DNA of 61,395 bases, taken from positions 1-61,395 of the forward strand of contig CALVKD010000002.1 of assembly GCA_944332525.1 (NCBI GenBank), in the 5' to 3' direction. The position numbers and the translations under genes are program-made. The notes beneath the pieces were generated by a model that was not told the origin of the DNA, did no database searches, and saw only the letters and a program-made list of their open reading frames with translations. How positions within the stretch are numbered: the first letter of the stretch is position 1; each line of letters starts with the position of its first letter. Source of the stretch: an uncultured Bacilli bacterium. GTDB lineage: Bacteria > Bacillota_I > Bacilli_A > RFN20 > CAG-449. Shown here piece by piece: positions 20,041-30,478 of this stretch.

Positions 20041-21806
20041 TATAATTCCTCCTTATCTAGCTGTGAAAGTGCTATTTCTTGATAAACTTTACAGTCTTTT
20101 AATAATTCTTCATGAGTTCCTTTACCGACGATTTTTCCTTCATCTAAGACGATAATTTCATCAGCATTTTTAATTGTTCCAATTCTTTGAGCGACAATTA
20201 TTTTTGTCGTATCTTTCATTTTTTCATTTAGAAGTGTTCTTACTTTCAAATCGGTTTTATAATCAAGCGCGGAGAAAGAATCATCAAAAATTAAAATTTC
20301 TGGTTTTCTAGCAAGAGCTCTAGCAATTGACAATCTCTGCTTTTGGCCTCCTGAAAGATTTTTTCCGCCTTGTTCAATAATATATTCTTCTTTGCCCGGT
20401 TTGCTATTAACAAATTCTTCTGCTTGAGAGACGTTAAGCGACTGTAAAAGATTTTCTTCATCTTCATCTGCTAATGATTGACCATAGAAAATATTATCTT
20501 TGACACTGCCGTTAAACATGATGGATTTTTGAGAAACATAGCCAAAACGATTATAAAGATTTTTAAATGTATAATCTTTTAAATTTACACCATCGAGTAA
20601 AATTTCTCCTTTATCCGGATCATAGAAACGGACAGCGAGATTAACCAAAGTAGATTTTCCTGAACCAGTCGCTCCAATAAACGCTAAAGTTTTTCCTTTT
20701 TCAACTTTAAAGGAGATATTTTGTAAGACTTCCTCCTTACCTTCTTCTTTTTCATCATTATATGAGAAGGAGACATTTTTGAATTCTAGTTCACCTTTTA
20801 ATTCAGTTTCACCAGAAAATTGACCTTCTTTAATATCGACTTTAGTGTTCAATACTTCATTGATTCTCTTGGCGGAAACCATTGCTCTTGGAACAATCAT
20901 AAAAATTGCTACCAGCAATAAAAATGCCATTACAACTTGCATTGCATATGAAGAGAAAACAATCATATTAGAAAAGATATTTTTTTGCGATTCTAACGAA
21001 GTTGCATCATCGATTGTATAAGCTCCAATCCAATAAATAGCTAACGATAAACCATTCATAATCAACATCATAAACGGATTTAAAATCGCCGTTGCCAAAG
21101 ATGTAAATAAATTATTTTTAGTTAAATCAGCATTAACTTTTTCAAACTTATTTAATTGATAATTTTCGGCATTAAAAGCCTTAATAACTCTTAAACCAGT
21201 TAAATTTTCACGAGAAACACCATTCACCGCATCGGTAAACTTTTGAACTTTTCTAAAACGAGGTAAGCATAAAGAAACAATTATAGCCAACACTGTAATT
21301 AAAATACCAACAGAAATTCCGGTTGCCATTACCCAACCAGTAGTTCCTTTATCAACAATTTTTAAAATTGCTAAAACTGCAGTAATTGGTGCTCTAACCA
21401 TTACTTGCATACCCATAGCGATTGTCATTTGCATTTGGGTAACATCATTAGTAGTTCTAGTAATTAAAGATGCAGTCGAAAAATTATCTATCTCGCTTTG
21501 TGATAGCGATAAAACTTTGCTATAAAGAGCATATCTCACATATTTAGCAAAATTTGATGATAAAACTGCAGATAAAAATCCAACAATTGCTGAAATTATT
21601 CCGCTTCCTATCGCGCACAAAAGCATTTTTATGCCTGGTAAGGCGACATCGGAAAGCTGAAAATTCGCACTATAAAACAGATTAGTTAAATCAGACATAT
21701 AATCTGGTAATTTAAGATCTAACATAACTCCACAGACAATTAAGATAATTGCAACTATTAATGCTAAGTAATCTTTTGTCTTTAGATATTTAAATAATCT
21801 GAGCAT
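20040..21806 (-). CDS. ABC exporter, fused permease/ATPase (heterodimer subunit A)
   Basis: It has Walker A GATGSGKST, signature SGGQKQR and Walker B IFDDSFS. It overlaps the downstream partner by 1 nt. Confidence 0.9.
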   Translation of the reverse strand: MLRLFKYLKTKDYLALIVAIILIVCGVMLDLKLPDYMSDLTNLFYSANFQLSDVALPGIKMLLCAIGSGIISAIVGFLSAVLSSNFAKYVRYALYSKVLSLSQSEIDNFSTASLITRTTNDVTQMQMTIAMGMQVMVRAPITAVLAILKIVDKGTTGWVMATGISVGILITVLAIIVSLCLPRFRKVQKFTDAVNGVSRENLTGLRVIKAFNAENYQLNKFEKVNADLTKNNLFTSLATAILNPFMMLIMNGLSLAIYWIGAYTIDDATSLESQKNIFSNMIVFSSYAMQVVMAFLLLVAIFMIVPRAMVSAKRINEVLNTKVDIKEGQFSGETELKGELEFKNVSFSYNDEKEEGKEEVLQNISFKVEKGKTLAFIGATGSGKSTLVNLAVRFYDPDKGEILLDGVNLKDYTFKNLYNRFGYVSQKSIMFNGSVKDNIFYGQSLADEDEENLLQSLNVSQAEEFVNSKPGKEEYIIEQGGKNLSGGQKQRLSIARALARKPEILIFDDSFSALDYKTDLKVRTLLNEKMKDTTKIIVAQRIGTIKNADEIIVLDEGKIVGKGTHEELLKDCKVYQEIALSQLDKEEL

Positions 21807-21930
21807 TATAAAATCCTCCTTGTGAGTTATGTTACATATTTAGCAAAAGTTTTGTCAATATTTATTTACTATAAATATTTATTTACATTTTTTACATCTT
21901 TATTTATAATCTCGTTAAGGGAGAAAAAGC

Positions 21931-22368
21931 ATGAAAGAGGAGCAAATAAGAATTTTTTTGGAAGAAATTTTCCAAATAATGCCAAAATATAAGCAAAAGG
22001 TGATGACTCCGCCAATGTTCGAAGGGAAAAAATTATCTCTTTTGCAGCATATATCTACAATCATCTTAAATGATCACGAGCCATTAACTTTGAATCAATT
22101 AAGTGAATTAAATAATATTTCAAAACAACAAATGTCAAAAGTTGTTGAAAGTTTACTAAATTTAGAGTTAGTTAAGAGAGAAATAGATCCAAATAATAGG
22201 AGGCAAATTCTTCTTTCATTAAGTAAAAAAGGAAAAGAATTTATTAGGAAGTTAAGACAAGAGCATTTTGAACAATTAAAAACCTCTTTAGAGAAATACT
22301 CAGAAGAGGAGCTAATATCTATTAATCATCATATTAAAGCCATTGGAGAAATACTTTCTAGCAAATAA
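21931..22368 (+). CDS. MarR-family transcriptional regulator
   Basis: This 145-aa protein has a winged-HTH core (LNQLSELNNISKQQMSKVVESLLNLELVKRE.DPNNRR). It is divergent from the ABC exporter pair. Confidence 0.8.
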   Translation: MKEEQIRIFLEEIFQIMPKYKQKVMTPPMFEGKKLSLLQHISTIILNDHEPLTLNQLSELNNISKQQMSKVVESLLNLELVKREIDPNNRRQILLSLSKKGKEFIRKLRQEHFEQLKTSLEKYSEEELISINHHIKAIGEILSSK

Positions 22369-22415
22369 ATAAAATATTTAATTTTTTATATAAGATACTA
22401 TTTTGAGGAGGCACT

Positions 22416-23204
22416 ATGTCTGCGATTACTGTAACTATTATATCTTTATGTATTATTTTTGCTGGAACTACTTTAGGTTCAGCACTTGTTTTCTTTTTTA
22501 AAAAGAGTTTTTCAAATAAAACATCAAACATTATTCTCGGTTTAGCATCTGGTATCATGATTAGTGCTGCTATCTTCGGCCTTCTTTTACCATCAATTGA
22601 ACAAGGGAAATCAATATATAATAACTTAGCAGTTCTACCAGTTGTTGGCGGATTTATCCTCGGAGGTTTATTCTTGACCTTGATAGATTTATTAGTTCCT
22701 CATTTTCATAAACATTCTGGAGAAGAAGAAGGCTTAGATAGCAAATTATCTAATCAAACCAAATTTTTCTTAGCAGTCACAATTCATAATATACCGGAAG
22801 GTTTAGCTGTTGGCTTCGCCTGCGGAATGGCTCTTTCGACAAACAATAACGCCTTAATCTTTAGTGCATTATCGCTAGCTATCGGTATTACAATACAAAA
22901 CTTTCCAGAAGGTGCCGCGGTTTCTATTCCGTTATTAGAAGAAAATGTCAGCAAGGGAAAGGCATTTACATATGGAGCTCTTTCAGGATCTGTTGAACCC
23001 ATTTTTGGTTTAATTGGCGTCTTCATTTCTACACAGTTAGCGATATTCTTACCATGGCTTCTGGCTTTTGCTGCTGGAGCGATGTTCTATGTTACCATCG
23101 ATGAATTAATCCCTTCTTCGAGAAAAGGTAATCATGGTCACTATGGTCTTTGGTCATTTATGATTGGATTCTGCGTAATGTTAGTTTTAGAGCTCGTTCT
23201 TTAA
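22416..23204 (+). CDS. ZIP-family metal (zinc) transporter, ZupT-like
   Basis: It has eight TM helices and the motifs HNIPEGLAVG and QNFPEGAAV. It has a GAGGAGG RBS. Confidence 0.85.
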   Translation: MSAITVTIISLCIIFAGTTLGSALVFFFKKSFSNKTSNIILGLASGIMISAAIFGLLLPSIEQGKSIYNNLAVLPVVGGFILGGLFLTLIDLLVPHFHKHSGEEEGLDSKLSNQTKFFLAVTIHNIPEGLAVGFACGMALSTNNNALIFSALSLAIGITIQNFPEGAAVSIPLLEENVSKGKAFTYGALSGSVEPIFGLIGVFISTQLAIFLPWLLAFAAGAMFYVTIDELIPSSRKGNHGHYGLWSFMIGFCVMLVLELVL

Positions 23205-23222
23205 TAATTAGATTAAATTAAC

Positions 23223-23247
23223 AATCCGGTTAAATCCGGATTTTTAT
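23223..23247 (+). terminator. intrinsic terminator after the ZIP transporter gene
   Basis: A 7-bp stem pairs AATCCGG (23223-23229) with CCGGATT (23236-23242). It is followed by a T-run. Confidence 0.7.
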
Positions 23248-23318
23248 TTATCTTTATTAATAGTTCTATAGACTAAAATAATTATATAGCATATACTATT
23301 TATAAGGAAGTGAATCTT

Positions 23319-23735
23319 ATGAATAATGAGCAGGAATTTATTTCTGAATTAATCACAATGACAAAACTAGAAGGCATTAATTATCTAACGACTTTTCTTT
23401 CAGGTGAAGATGCTGTCTTACGCTGCATTTTTTTTAATAAAGGTATCTCGCCACAAGAATTAGCACATATGCTGAATGTTACAAAAGGCCGCATCAGCGT
23501 TCTTTTAAGAAATCTTACTAAAAAAAATTATATTGAAATGAGCATAAATAAAGAAGATCATCGAAAAGTTGACCTTGAGTTAACATCAGTCGGTTTAAAT
23601 TATTTTAAAAGTATCGGTGAAAAGGCCGAAAAATATTTTGATATCCTCTTTGAAAGGCTAGGCAAAGAACAAACCGAACAGTTGATTGCCATGCTAAAAA
23701 AAATCAATCAGGTGATGAAAGGAGTAACGTTATGA
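23319..23735 (+). CDS. MarR-family transcriptional regulator
   Basis: It has a winged HTH (PQELAHMLNVTKGRISVLLRNLTKKNYI). I chose the ATG at 23319, which is 8 nt after AAGGAAG. It overlaps the ABC ATPase start (ATGA). Confidence 0.75.
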   Translation: MNNEQEFISELITMTKLEGINYLTTFLSGEDAVLRCIFFNKGISPQELAHMLNVTKGRISVLLRNLTKKNYIEMSINKEDHRKVDLELTSVGLNYFKSIGEKAEKYFDILFERLGKEQTEQLIAMLKKINQVMKGVTL

Positions 23736-24433
23736 GTTTTATTGAATTTAGCCACGTTAATAAAATTTATCATATGGGCGATACCGTTGTTAAAGCTAAC
23801 GACGATGTCAATTTTACAATTGATGAAGGAGAATTCGTTGTCGTTGTCGGTCCTTCAGGGGCTGGTAAAACTACGATTCTCAATATCCTCGGAGGAATGG
23901 ATACTTGCACAGACGGAATGGTGAAAGTCGGAGATAAAATTATTTCTTCGTTCAAAGAAAAAGATTTGACGCTTTATAGAAGAAATGATGTCGGATTTGT
24001 CTTTCAATTTTATAATCTAATGCCCCATCTAACCGCAAAGGAAAATGTTGAATTAGCTAATGAAATTGTCAAAAAACCGCTTGATACAATTAAAACTCTA
24101 GAACAAGTCGGATTAAAAGATCGCATGAATAATTTTCCATCACAATTATCTGGAGGTGAACAGCAAAGAGTAGCAATCGCAAGAGCAATTGCTAAAAATC
24201 CTAAAATACTTCTCTGTGATGAACCAACTGGCGCACTCGATTATGAAACAGGAAAACAAATTCTTAAATTGCTGCGCGAAGTATCGAATAAAATGCATAA
24301 AACAGTTATTATCGTTACCCATAACCTTGCATTTACAAAATTAGCTGACAAAGTTATCGAAATACGTAATGGCCATATCCAAAGCGAAATCAAGAATCAG
24401 GATGTTATGAGCATTGATGATCTTGTCTACTAG
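23732..24433 (+). CDS. ABC transporter ATP-binding protein (MacB/LolD/FtsE type)
   Basis: It has Walker [10 protein letters not shown], signature LSGGEQQR and Walker [12 protein letters not shown]. Confidence 0.9.
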   Translation: MSFIEFSHVNKIYHMGDTVVKANDDVNFTIDEGEFVVVVGPSGAGKTTILNILGGMDTCTDGMVKVGDKIISSFKEKDLTLYRRNDVGFVFQFYNLMPHLTAKENVELANEIVKKPLDTIKTLEQVGLKDRMNNFPSQLSGGEQQRVAIARAIAKNPKILLCDEPTGALDYETGKQILKLLREVSNKMHKTVIIVTHNLAFTKLADKVIEIRNGHIQSEIKNQDVMSIDDLVY

Positions 24434-24445
24434 GAGGGATCGTTT

Positions 24446-27352
24446 ATGAAAAAAACATTTATTCGTTCTTTTTTCAAAAATATCATTCATAGTTTATCGC
24501 GTCTTCTGTCTATTATTTGCATAGTGATTCTCGGTGTTGGATTTTTAGTAGGATTACTTACAAGCGCACCTAATGTCGAAAATTCGATTGACCATTACTA
24601 TGACCAATATAATGTCTCCGATATCGATATTATGTCAACTCTTGGTGTCGACGAAAAAGACAAAGAATTTCTATTAGAAAATATTGACGAAATTGAAAAT
24701 ATCAAACTTGAATCGCGTAATGATATGTACGTTAGATATAACAATGATACTCTCGTTGCAAAAGTTATCGACTATGATTTTGATTCCGTCATTAACAAAA
24801 TTGAATTAAAAGAGGGTCGTCTTCCGGCAAACGGGGATGAAATAGTCGTTAACATATCTAACAACTGGCTTTTAAATTTAAAAATTGGTTCAGTAATTAC
24901 AATTGATAATCATCGATATACAATCGTTGGAAAAGTTCTTGATCCTAATTATTTTGACAAAGCCAAAGTCACATCATCATTGGGCAAAGGATATCTAGAA
25001 GCTGTAATTTTCCGTGATGCTAAATATGTTGATATTGAATATTACACCGATATCTTTATCACTGTTAAAGGCGCAGAAGAGCTGGATGCTTTTTCTAGTC
25101 GATATGATAATTTGATTTCAAACGTCACAACACAGATTGATAATCTCAAAGACGAAATCAAAGACTACAAATTTCAAGCTATCCTCGAAGAAATTTACTC
25201 ATCAGTCTATCAAATAGTCTATGAAGAAACTAGTCAAACAGTTTTATCCGAAGCTCAAAACGCAGCCAAAGAGCAAATTACATCTCTCATCCAAAGTCAA
25301 GTGCAATCATCAGTAACATCATCCATAGAAAAGCAAATAACTGATGAAATAACTACTGGAATTAGAGAACAGCTTATTGAGCAAATTAAACAAGCTCAGC
25401 CTAATCTCACAGATGAAGAGGTCGAATCATTAGCCGATCAACAGATGGCATCCGAAAGTATTTCACAAACAATTTCTTCATTAGTTTCTCAGCAAATGAA
25501 TACTCAAGAAACTAAAGATTTAATCGCTTCAACAGTTGCAGAACAAATGCAATCAGATGAAACTATAGCGGCAATTAACTCTCTCTATGAAAGTCAAATT
25601 GCTAGTGAAACATTTCTTTCCCAAGTTAATACTGCTATTGAAAATGCGATGAAAAGCGATGATGTTGTCAAAGTTATAAACGATACAGTTGATGAGCAAT
25701 TTAACGAAAATGTCGATGAAGAATCCTTTATGTTAATCGTTCTCGACCGTCAATATTATCAAGCTTTCCGTTCCATTCAAGAAAACGTTAACAAGATTAA
25801 TGTTATCGCCTTAATCTTCCCAGTATTCTTCTTCTTAGTTGCCGCATTAGTTGTTTTGACAACTATGACTAGAATGGTCGAAGAAGAAAGATTACAAATC
25901 GGTACTTTGAAATCGCTTGGTTATACTCGCGGAGCGATTATGGCTAATTATATCGGATATGGTCTATTTTCATCGGTATTCGGAGGATTACTCGGCGTTG
26001 CATGCGGAGTCTATATTCTCCCATCAATTATTTATAATATCTTTAACGCTAATTATCTCTTACCGCCATTTGTCATGACATTCTCCTATCCATCAATTCT
26101 TTTATCATTCTTCTTGATGGTTATTATCATTTTATTAACTACCATCTTAACTGTCGGAAAAACATTAAAAGAGAAACCTTCTGATTTGATGGTAAAAAGA
26201 GCTCCGAAACCTGGTAAAAAGATTTTATTAGAACGTGTTCATTTCATTTGGAATCATCTAAAATTCAAGAATAAATCTGCTTTAAGAAACGTCTTCCGTT
26301 ATAAGAAGCACATGATTATGACGATTGTTGGAGTCGCCGGATGTTCAGCCTTGCTCGTCTGCGGATTCGGTATCAAAGATTCTTTTGATGACATGGTTAT
26401 CAATCAATATCAAGATGTATTACGTTATCAATTATCCGCGTCGGTTGCTGACACAAATAAAGACATTGAAATTCTTATCCCATATGAAAAAACTTCCGTG
26501 GCTATCGAGTCAGCCTATCTAAATGATAAAGATGATACTCGCTATGATTTTTCATTGGTAGTTACCGCTGACTTGAATGCTTTAAAATCTTATGTCAGTT
26601 TAGAAAATGTCAACTATAGCAGCGATTCGATTATCGTCTCAAAGCAATTAAGCGATAAAATATCTGATGATAAAACATTTACGTTAATCGACCAGGGCAG
26701 AAACGAATATAAGCTAACATATAGCAATGTAATGACAAACTATCTCGGCAATTATGTTTTTATCACATTAGAGAACTATCAAAAGATTTTTGAAAAAGAT
26801 ATCACTCTAAACACTTTTTGGATCAAAATACCATCTCTTGATAATGATTTAAAAGAAGAAATAGCCCAAGCATTGCTTGATGATACGAATGTTACTTCCT
26901 ATGAATTTACTAGTGATACACAAAAGACATATCAAGATACTTTTGAAAACATCGGCACCTTAGTCTACTTCTTAATTATTTGTTCTGGAGCATTAGCCAT
27001 CATTGTCATTTATAACTTAACTAATATCAACATCATTGAAAGAAATAAGGAAATAGCGACTTTAAAAGTTCTCGGTTATAAGCGGATGGAAGTTGCAAAT
27101 TACATCTATAAAGAAACCTTTATTCTTACTACTTTAGGTATATTAGTCGGATTATTAGTTGGTTTCCTCCTCCATCAATTCATTATGTTCAATGTCGATT
27201 CGCCTGGTGTAATGATGTATCGGGGAATTAGATGGTATTCCTATATCTATTCAATTTTATTATCTTATCTCTTCTTAATTATCGTCGATGTCCTTCTCTA
27301 CTTTAAACTAGAAAAGATTAAAATGGTTGAATCATTAAAATCAGTCGACTAA
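24446..27352 (+). CDS. FtsX-like ABC transporter permease with two FtsX domains and large extracytoplasmic regions
   Basis: This 968-aa protein has an N-terminal TM, then a roughly 410-aa external region. Next comes a 3-TM FtsX block (LKSLGYTRG). That is followed by a second external region and a second FtsX block (LKVLGYKRMEV). Confidence 0.85.
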   Translation: MKKTFIRSFFKNIIHSLSRLLSIICIVILGVGFLVGLLTSAPNVENSIDHYYDQYNVSDIDIMSTLGVDEKDKEFLLENIDEIENIKLESRNDMYVRYNNDTLVAKVIDYDFDSVINKIELKEGRLPANGDEIVVNISNNWLLNLKIGSVITIDNHRYTIVGKVLDPNYFDKAKVTSSLGKGYLEAVIFRDAKYVDIEYYTDIFITVKGAEELDAFSSRYDNLISNVTTQIDNLKDEIKDYKFQAILEEIYSSVYQIVYEETSQTVLSEAQNAAKEQITSLIQSQVQSSVTSSIEKQITDEITTGIREQLIEQIKQAQPNLTDEEVESLADQQMASESISQTISSLVSQQMNTQETKDLIASTVAEQMQSDETIAAINSLYESQIASETFLSQVNTAIENAMKSDDVVKVINDTVDEQFNENVDEESFMLIVLDRQYYQAFRSIQENVNKINVIALIFPVFFFLVAALVVLTTMTRMVEEERLQIGTLKSLGYTRGAIMANYIGYGLFSSVFGGLLGVACGVYILPSIIYNIFNANYLLPPFVMTFSYPSILLSFFLMVIIILLTTILTVGKTLKEKPSDLMVKRAPKPGKKILLERVHFIWNHLKFKNKSALRNVFRYKKHMIMTIVGVAGCSALLVCGFGIKDSFDDMVINQYQDVLRYQLSASVADTNKDIEILIPYEKTSVAIESAYLNDKDDTRYDFSLVVTADLNALKSYVSLENVNYSSDSIIVSKQLSDKISDDKTFTLIDQGRNEYKLTYSNVMTNYLGNYVFITLENYQKIFEKDITLNTFWIKIPSLDNDLKEEIAQALLDDTNVTSYEFTSDTQKTYQDTFENIGTLVYFLIICSGALAIIVIYNLTNINIIERNKEIATLKVLGYKRMEVANYIYKETFILTTLGILVGLLVGFLLHQFIMFNVDSPGVMMYRGIRWYSYIYSILLSYLFLIIVDVLLYFKLEKIKMVESLKSVD

Positions 27353-27381
27353 AAAAGGTGTCCTTCGCGGACATCTTTTTA
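27351..27381. terminator. bidirectional intrinsic terminator
   Basis: A stem pairs GGTGTCC (27357-27363) with GGACATC (27369-27375). It is flanked by an A-run on one side and a T-run on the other, between convergent genes. Confidence 0.75.
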
Positions 27382-28134
27382 AATATTTAAATTTAGCTCA
27401 ATCGGGCAGTGATCTGACCCCATAATATCCGTATGGATAATGGACGATATCAGTTTATCTTTCAAACCTTCATCAATAATAAAATAGTCGATTCGCCAAC
27501 CAGCATTATTTTTTCTTGCGTTAAAGCGATAACTCCACCAAGAATATTCGACTTGCTCAGGATGCAAGTAGCGATAAGTATCAATATACCCTTCGCTTAA
27601 TAAAGCGCTGAAAGCCGCTCTTTCTTCATCGGTAAATCCAGCGTTATGGTGGTTAGTCGCTGGATTTTTAATATCTATTTCTTCATGGGCGACATTTAAA
27701 TCACCGGCATAGACAACATGCTTTTTTGCCTTTAAAGAATTTAAGTAGTCAACTAGATTTTTTTCAAAGTCTAAACGGAAATCAAGTCTTTTTAGGTTCT
27801 CTCCAGAATTAGGGACATAACAAGCGACATAGTAAAAATTCTCAAATTCTAAAGTAATAACTCTTCCCTCTTCATCATAAAGATTATCTGTTAAACCATA
27901 ATGAACGGATAAAGGATTAATTTTTGAAAAAACTGCGACCCCAGAATAACCTTTTTTAACTTTAGAATTCGTGTAAAATATCTGATATCCTTCTTTTTGC
28001 AATGGGAAAATGTCATCGGAGAGTTTAGTTTCGTTTAAAGAAAAGATATCTGCGTTTAAATCATCAAATGTATTTTCAAAATCTTTTTTTAAAATAGCTC
28101 TTAAGCCATTTACATTAAATGAGACGAATTTCAT
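27379..28134 (-). CDS. xth: exodeoxyribonuclease III (AP endonuclease)
   Basis: It has the pattern MKFVSFNVNGLRA...LNETK...GDLNVAH...SDHCP. I chose the ATG at 28134, which is preceded by GAGGAA. Confidence 0.9.
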   Translation of the reverse strand: MKFVSFNVNGLRAILKKDFENTFDDLNADIFSLNETKLSDDIFPLQKEGYQIFYTNSKVKKGYSGVAVFSKINPLSVHYGLTDNLYDEEGRVITLEFENFYYVACYVPNSGENLKRLDFRLDFEKNLVDYLNSLKAKKHVVYAGDLNVAHEEIDIKNPATNHHNAGFTDEERAAFSALLSEGYIDTYRYLHPEQVEYSWWSYRFNARKNNAGWRIDYFIIDEGLKDKLISSIIHTDIMGSDHCPIELNLNI

Positions 28135-28234
28135 AATTAGTTTCCTCTTCCATATCATAGTTAATTTTAAAATTTTGGTAAATATAAATTATTTATCTTT
28201 ATAATTTATTGGCTAAGTGTAAAATTTTAGTTGT

Positions 28235-28825
28235 ATGAAAATGTGTTTAAAACTTTTCTGGATATTTTTTAAGCTCGGATTATTTACTTTTGGTGGTGGA
28301 TACGCGATGATACCTCAGTTAAAAGAGATAATCGTCGAAAAAGAGCATTTTTTAACCGAAGATAAAATGATGGAAATAATCGCGATTGCTGAATCTACAC
28401 CTGGTCCATTAGCGGTTAATTCAGCGACATTTGTCGGATATCAACAAAAAAAGATTTTAGGTGCCTTTTTTGCTACTTTAGGCGTTGTTTTACCATCCTT
28501 AATTATCATTTTTATTATTTCCTTATTTTTTGATACTTTTATCGCGAATAAATATGTCGCATACGCTTTTTCTGGAATCAAATGCGCGGTAGCTTTTTTA
28601 ATAATTAAAGCTGCAATTGAAATGTTTATAAAATTAGAAAAAACAGTTTTTAATATAGTAGTTTTTCTTGCTGTTTTTATAGCCATGTTGCTATTAGAGC
28701 TTTTTGCTATTTCATTTTCATCTATTTACTTTATTTTAATCGGAGGCTGCTTAAGTATTTTTATCTACTTAATCCTCTATTTTAAGAATAAAAGCAAAAA
28801 TAAAAATGAGGAGGAGAAGAAATGA
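28235..28825 (+). CDS. chrA: chromate transporter family protein (short CHR, half 1)
   Basis: It has the motif FGGGYAMIP...ESTPGPLAVNSATFVGY. Confidence 0.85.
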   Translation: MKMCLKLFWIFFKLGLFTFGGGYAMIPQLKEIIVEKEHFLTEDKMMEIIAIAESTPGPLAVNSATFVGYQQKKILGAFFATLGVVLPSLIIIFIISLFFDTFIANKYVAYAFSGIKCAVAFLIIKAAIEMFIKLEKTVFNIVVFLAVFIAMLLLELFAISFSSIYFILIGGCLSIFIYLILYFKNKSKNKNEEEKK

Positions 28826-29397
28826 TTTATTTAACTCTCTTCTTTGAATTTCTAAAAATCGGTTTATTCACCTTTGGCGGAGGCTATGCCATGATTCCTC
28901 TGCTGAAAGAAACAATTGAGGAGCATAACTGGATGAGCGAAGAAACATTTTATTCTTTTATCGGTGTCTGTGAATCAACGCCTGGTCCAATCGCGGTTAA
29001 TATGGCGACTTATGTTGGATCTGTTCAGGGAGGTATACTCGGATCCATCTGCGCGACTATCGGAGTAGTCTTACCTTCATTTATCATCATTGTTTTAATC
29101 GCTGCTGTCTTTGCAAAATTATTACAAAATAAAATTGTTAACGCCTTTTTAAAAGGAATTCGGCCAGTTATTATCGCTTTAATTTTAGAAGCCGGAGTTA
29201 TCATGCTTATTAAGAATTTCGGATTTGTTAATCTTGAAACTTTTAGTTTTGATTACATTTCCTTAATTATTACTTTCTTGATACTAATTATTTATTTTAT
29301 CTATCGTTTTGCCTTTAAAAAAAGCCTCGGAACGATACCTTTGATTATCTCTTCCGCGGCTTTGGGTATTATTGTAAATATAATATTTAACCATTGA
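28822..29397 (+). CDS. chrA: chromate transporter family protein (short CHR, half 2)
   Basis: It has the motif FGGGYAMIPLL...ESTPGPIAVNMATYVG. It overlaps half 1 by 4 nt. Confidence 0.85.
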   Translation: MIYLTLFFEFLKIGLFTFGGGYAMIPLLKETIEEHNWMSEETFYSFIGVCESTPGPIAVNMATYVGSVQGGILGSICATIGVVLPSFIIIVLIAAVFAKLLQNKIVNAFLKGIRPVIIALILEAGVIMLIKNFGFVNLETFSFDYISLIITFLILIIYFIYRFAFKKSLGTIPLIISSAALGIIVNIIFNH

Positions 29398-29701
29398 TCA
29401 TTAATAAAACAAAAACAATTACAATCACAACAAGCAAGTAAAAAGCAACTGAAGCGATACCTAATAAAATAATAACTTTATCATCACGCGCGATATTCTT
29501 TCGATTTAAATAACCTAGAATTAATCCATAGAAAGGAATAATCGCGGAAAGAATAATTTGATAAAGCGGCCATTTTTCTTTTAGTTCTAATGGTGAAATA
29601 AATGAAGTATTTTTTAATGATGGATCATTATCAAATCCGCAGAAGGGGCAGATTTTTTCATCGTCTTTAAGTCTTGCTCCACATTTTTTGCAATATATCA
29701 T
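29387..29701 (-). CDS. zinc-ribbon domain membrane protein
   Basis: The N-terminus has CKKCG...x12...CPFCG, followed by two TM helices. It has an AGGAG RBS. Confidence 0.65.
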   Translation of the reverse strand: MIYCKKCGARLKDDEKICPFCGFDNDPSLKNTSFISPLELKEKWPLYQIILSAIIPFYGLILGYLNRKNIARDDKVIILLGIASVAFYLLVVIVIVFVLLMING

Positions 29702-29710
29702 ATTTTGCTC

Positions 29711-30328
29711 CTAAAGAAGTTCTTTCTTTAAATAAATTGAATCTTGTTCAGTAATCTGTCTAATAACTTTGCATGGATTACCGCATGCCAATGAATGTGG
29801 AGGGATGCTTTTAGTAACAACGCTTCCCGCCCCAATAATAGAGCCCTCGCCTATTGTTACTCCTCCAACAATCGTAACATTACCGCAAATCCAGCAGTTA
29901 TCACCGATATGAATTTCTTTGCCATATTCTTTATCGGTTACACGATGTTTTTCATTAATATAATAAGCTCTTTCCTGAGGTAAAAAAGGATGCATAGGAG
30001 TTAATAAAGAAACATTAGGACCGCAGAAAACATCATTTCCAATAATGACTTTAGCAACATCTAGACATGTAAAATTAAAATTAGCGTAGAAATTCTTTCC
30101 AGTAAAAATATTTATTCCGTAATCGAAAAAAATTGGTCCTTGAAGATAGGTATTTTCTCCGCGATTAGGCATCAAAACATCAAGAATTTCTTTTCTTTTC
30201 GTATCTTCTTCATCATATGTATGATTATAATCAAGGCAATAATGATGCGCTCTTGTTCTTAACAAAAGCAATTCATCATCATTAGGATCATAAATCTTAT
30301 TTGCTAACATCTTTTCCTTTTCAGTCAT
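29711..30328 (-). CDS. maa: sugar O-acetyltransferase (maltose/galactoside O-acetyltransferase family, left-handed beta-helix)
   Basis: It has the Mac-type N-terminus (MLANKIYDPNDDELLLLRTRAH) and hexapeptide repeats (IGDNCWICGNVTIVGGVTIGEGSIIGAGSVV). Confidence 0.85.
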   Translation of the reverse strand: MTEKEKMLANKIYDPNDDELLLLRTRAHHYCLDYNHTYDEEDTKRKEILDVLMPNRGENTYLQGPIFFDYGINIFTGKNFYANFNFTCLDVAKVIIGNDVFCGPNVSLLTPMHPFLPQERAYYINEKHRVTDKEYGKEIHIGDNCWICGNVTIVGGVTIGEGSIIGAGSVVTKSIPPHSLACGNPCKVIRQITEQDSIYLKKELL

Positions 30329-30478
30329 AATAAACCTCTTATATATTTTTATCTTATAACAAAATAAATTATAAATAAAGTTAAGAACATAAACTTTCTA
30401 ACCGGACAAAACATGTCCTCACATAATTAAGTTTTTATCGATTATAATAACTTTACTAAGAAACCCTTAGTAAACAAA

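Noticed and set aside
22358-22558. 66-aa minus-strand ORF spanning the MarR stop and the ZIP transporter start
   Set aside because: It is antisense to the well-supported ZIP gene start and its RBS, and has no motifs.
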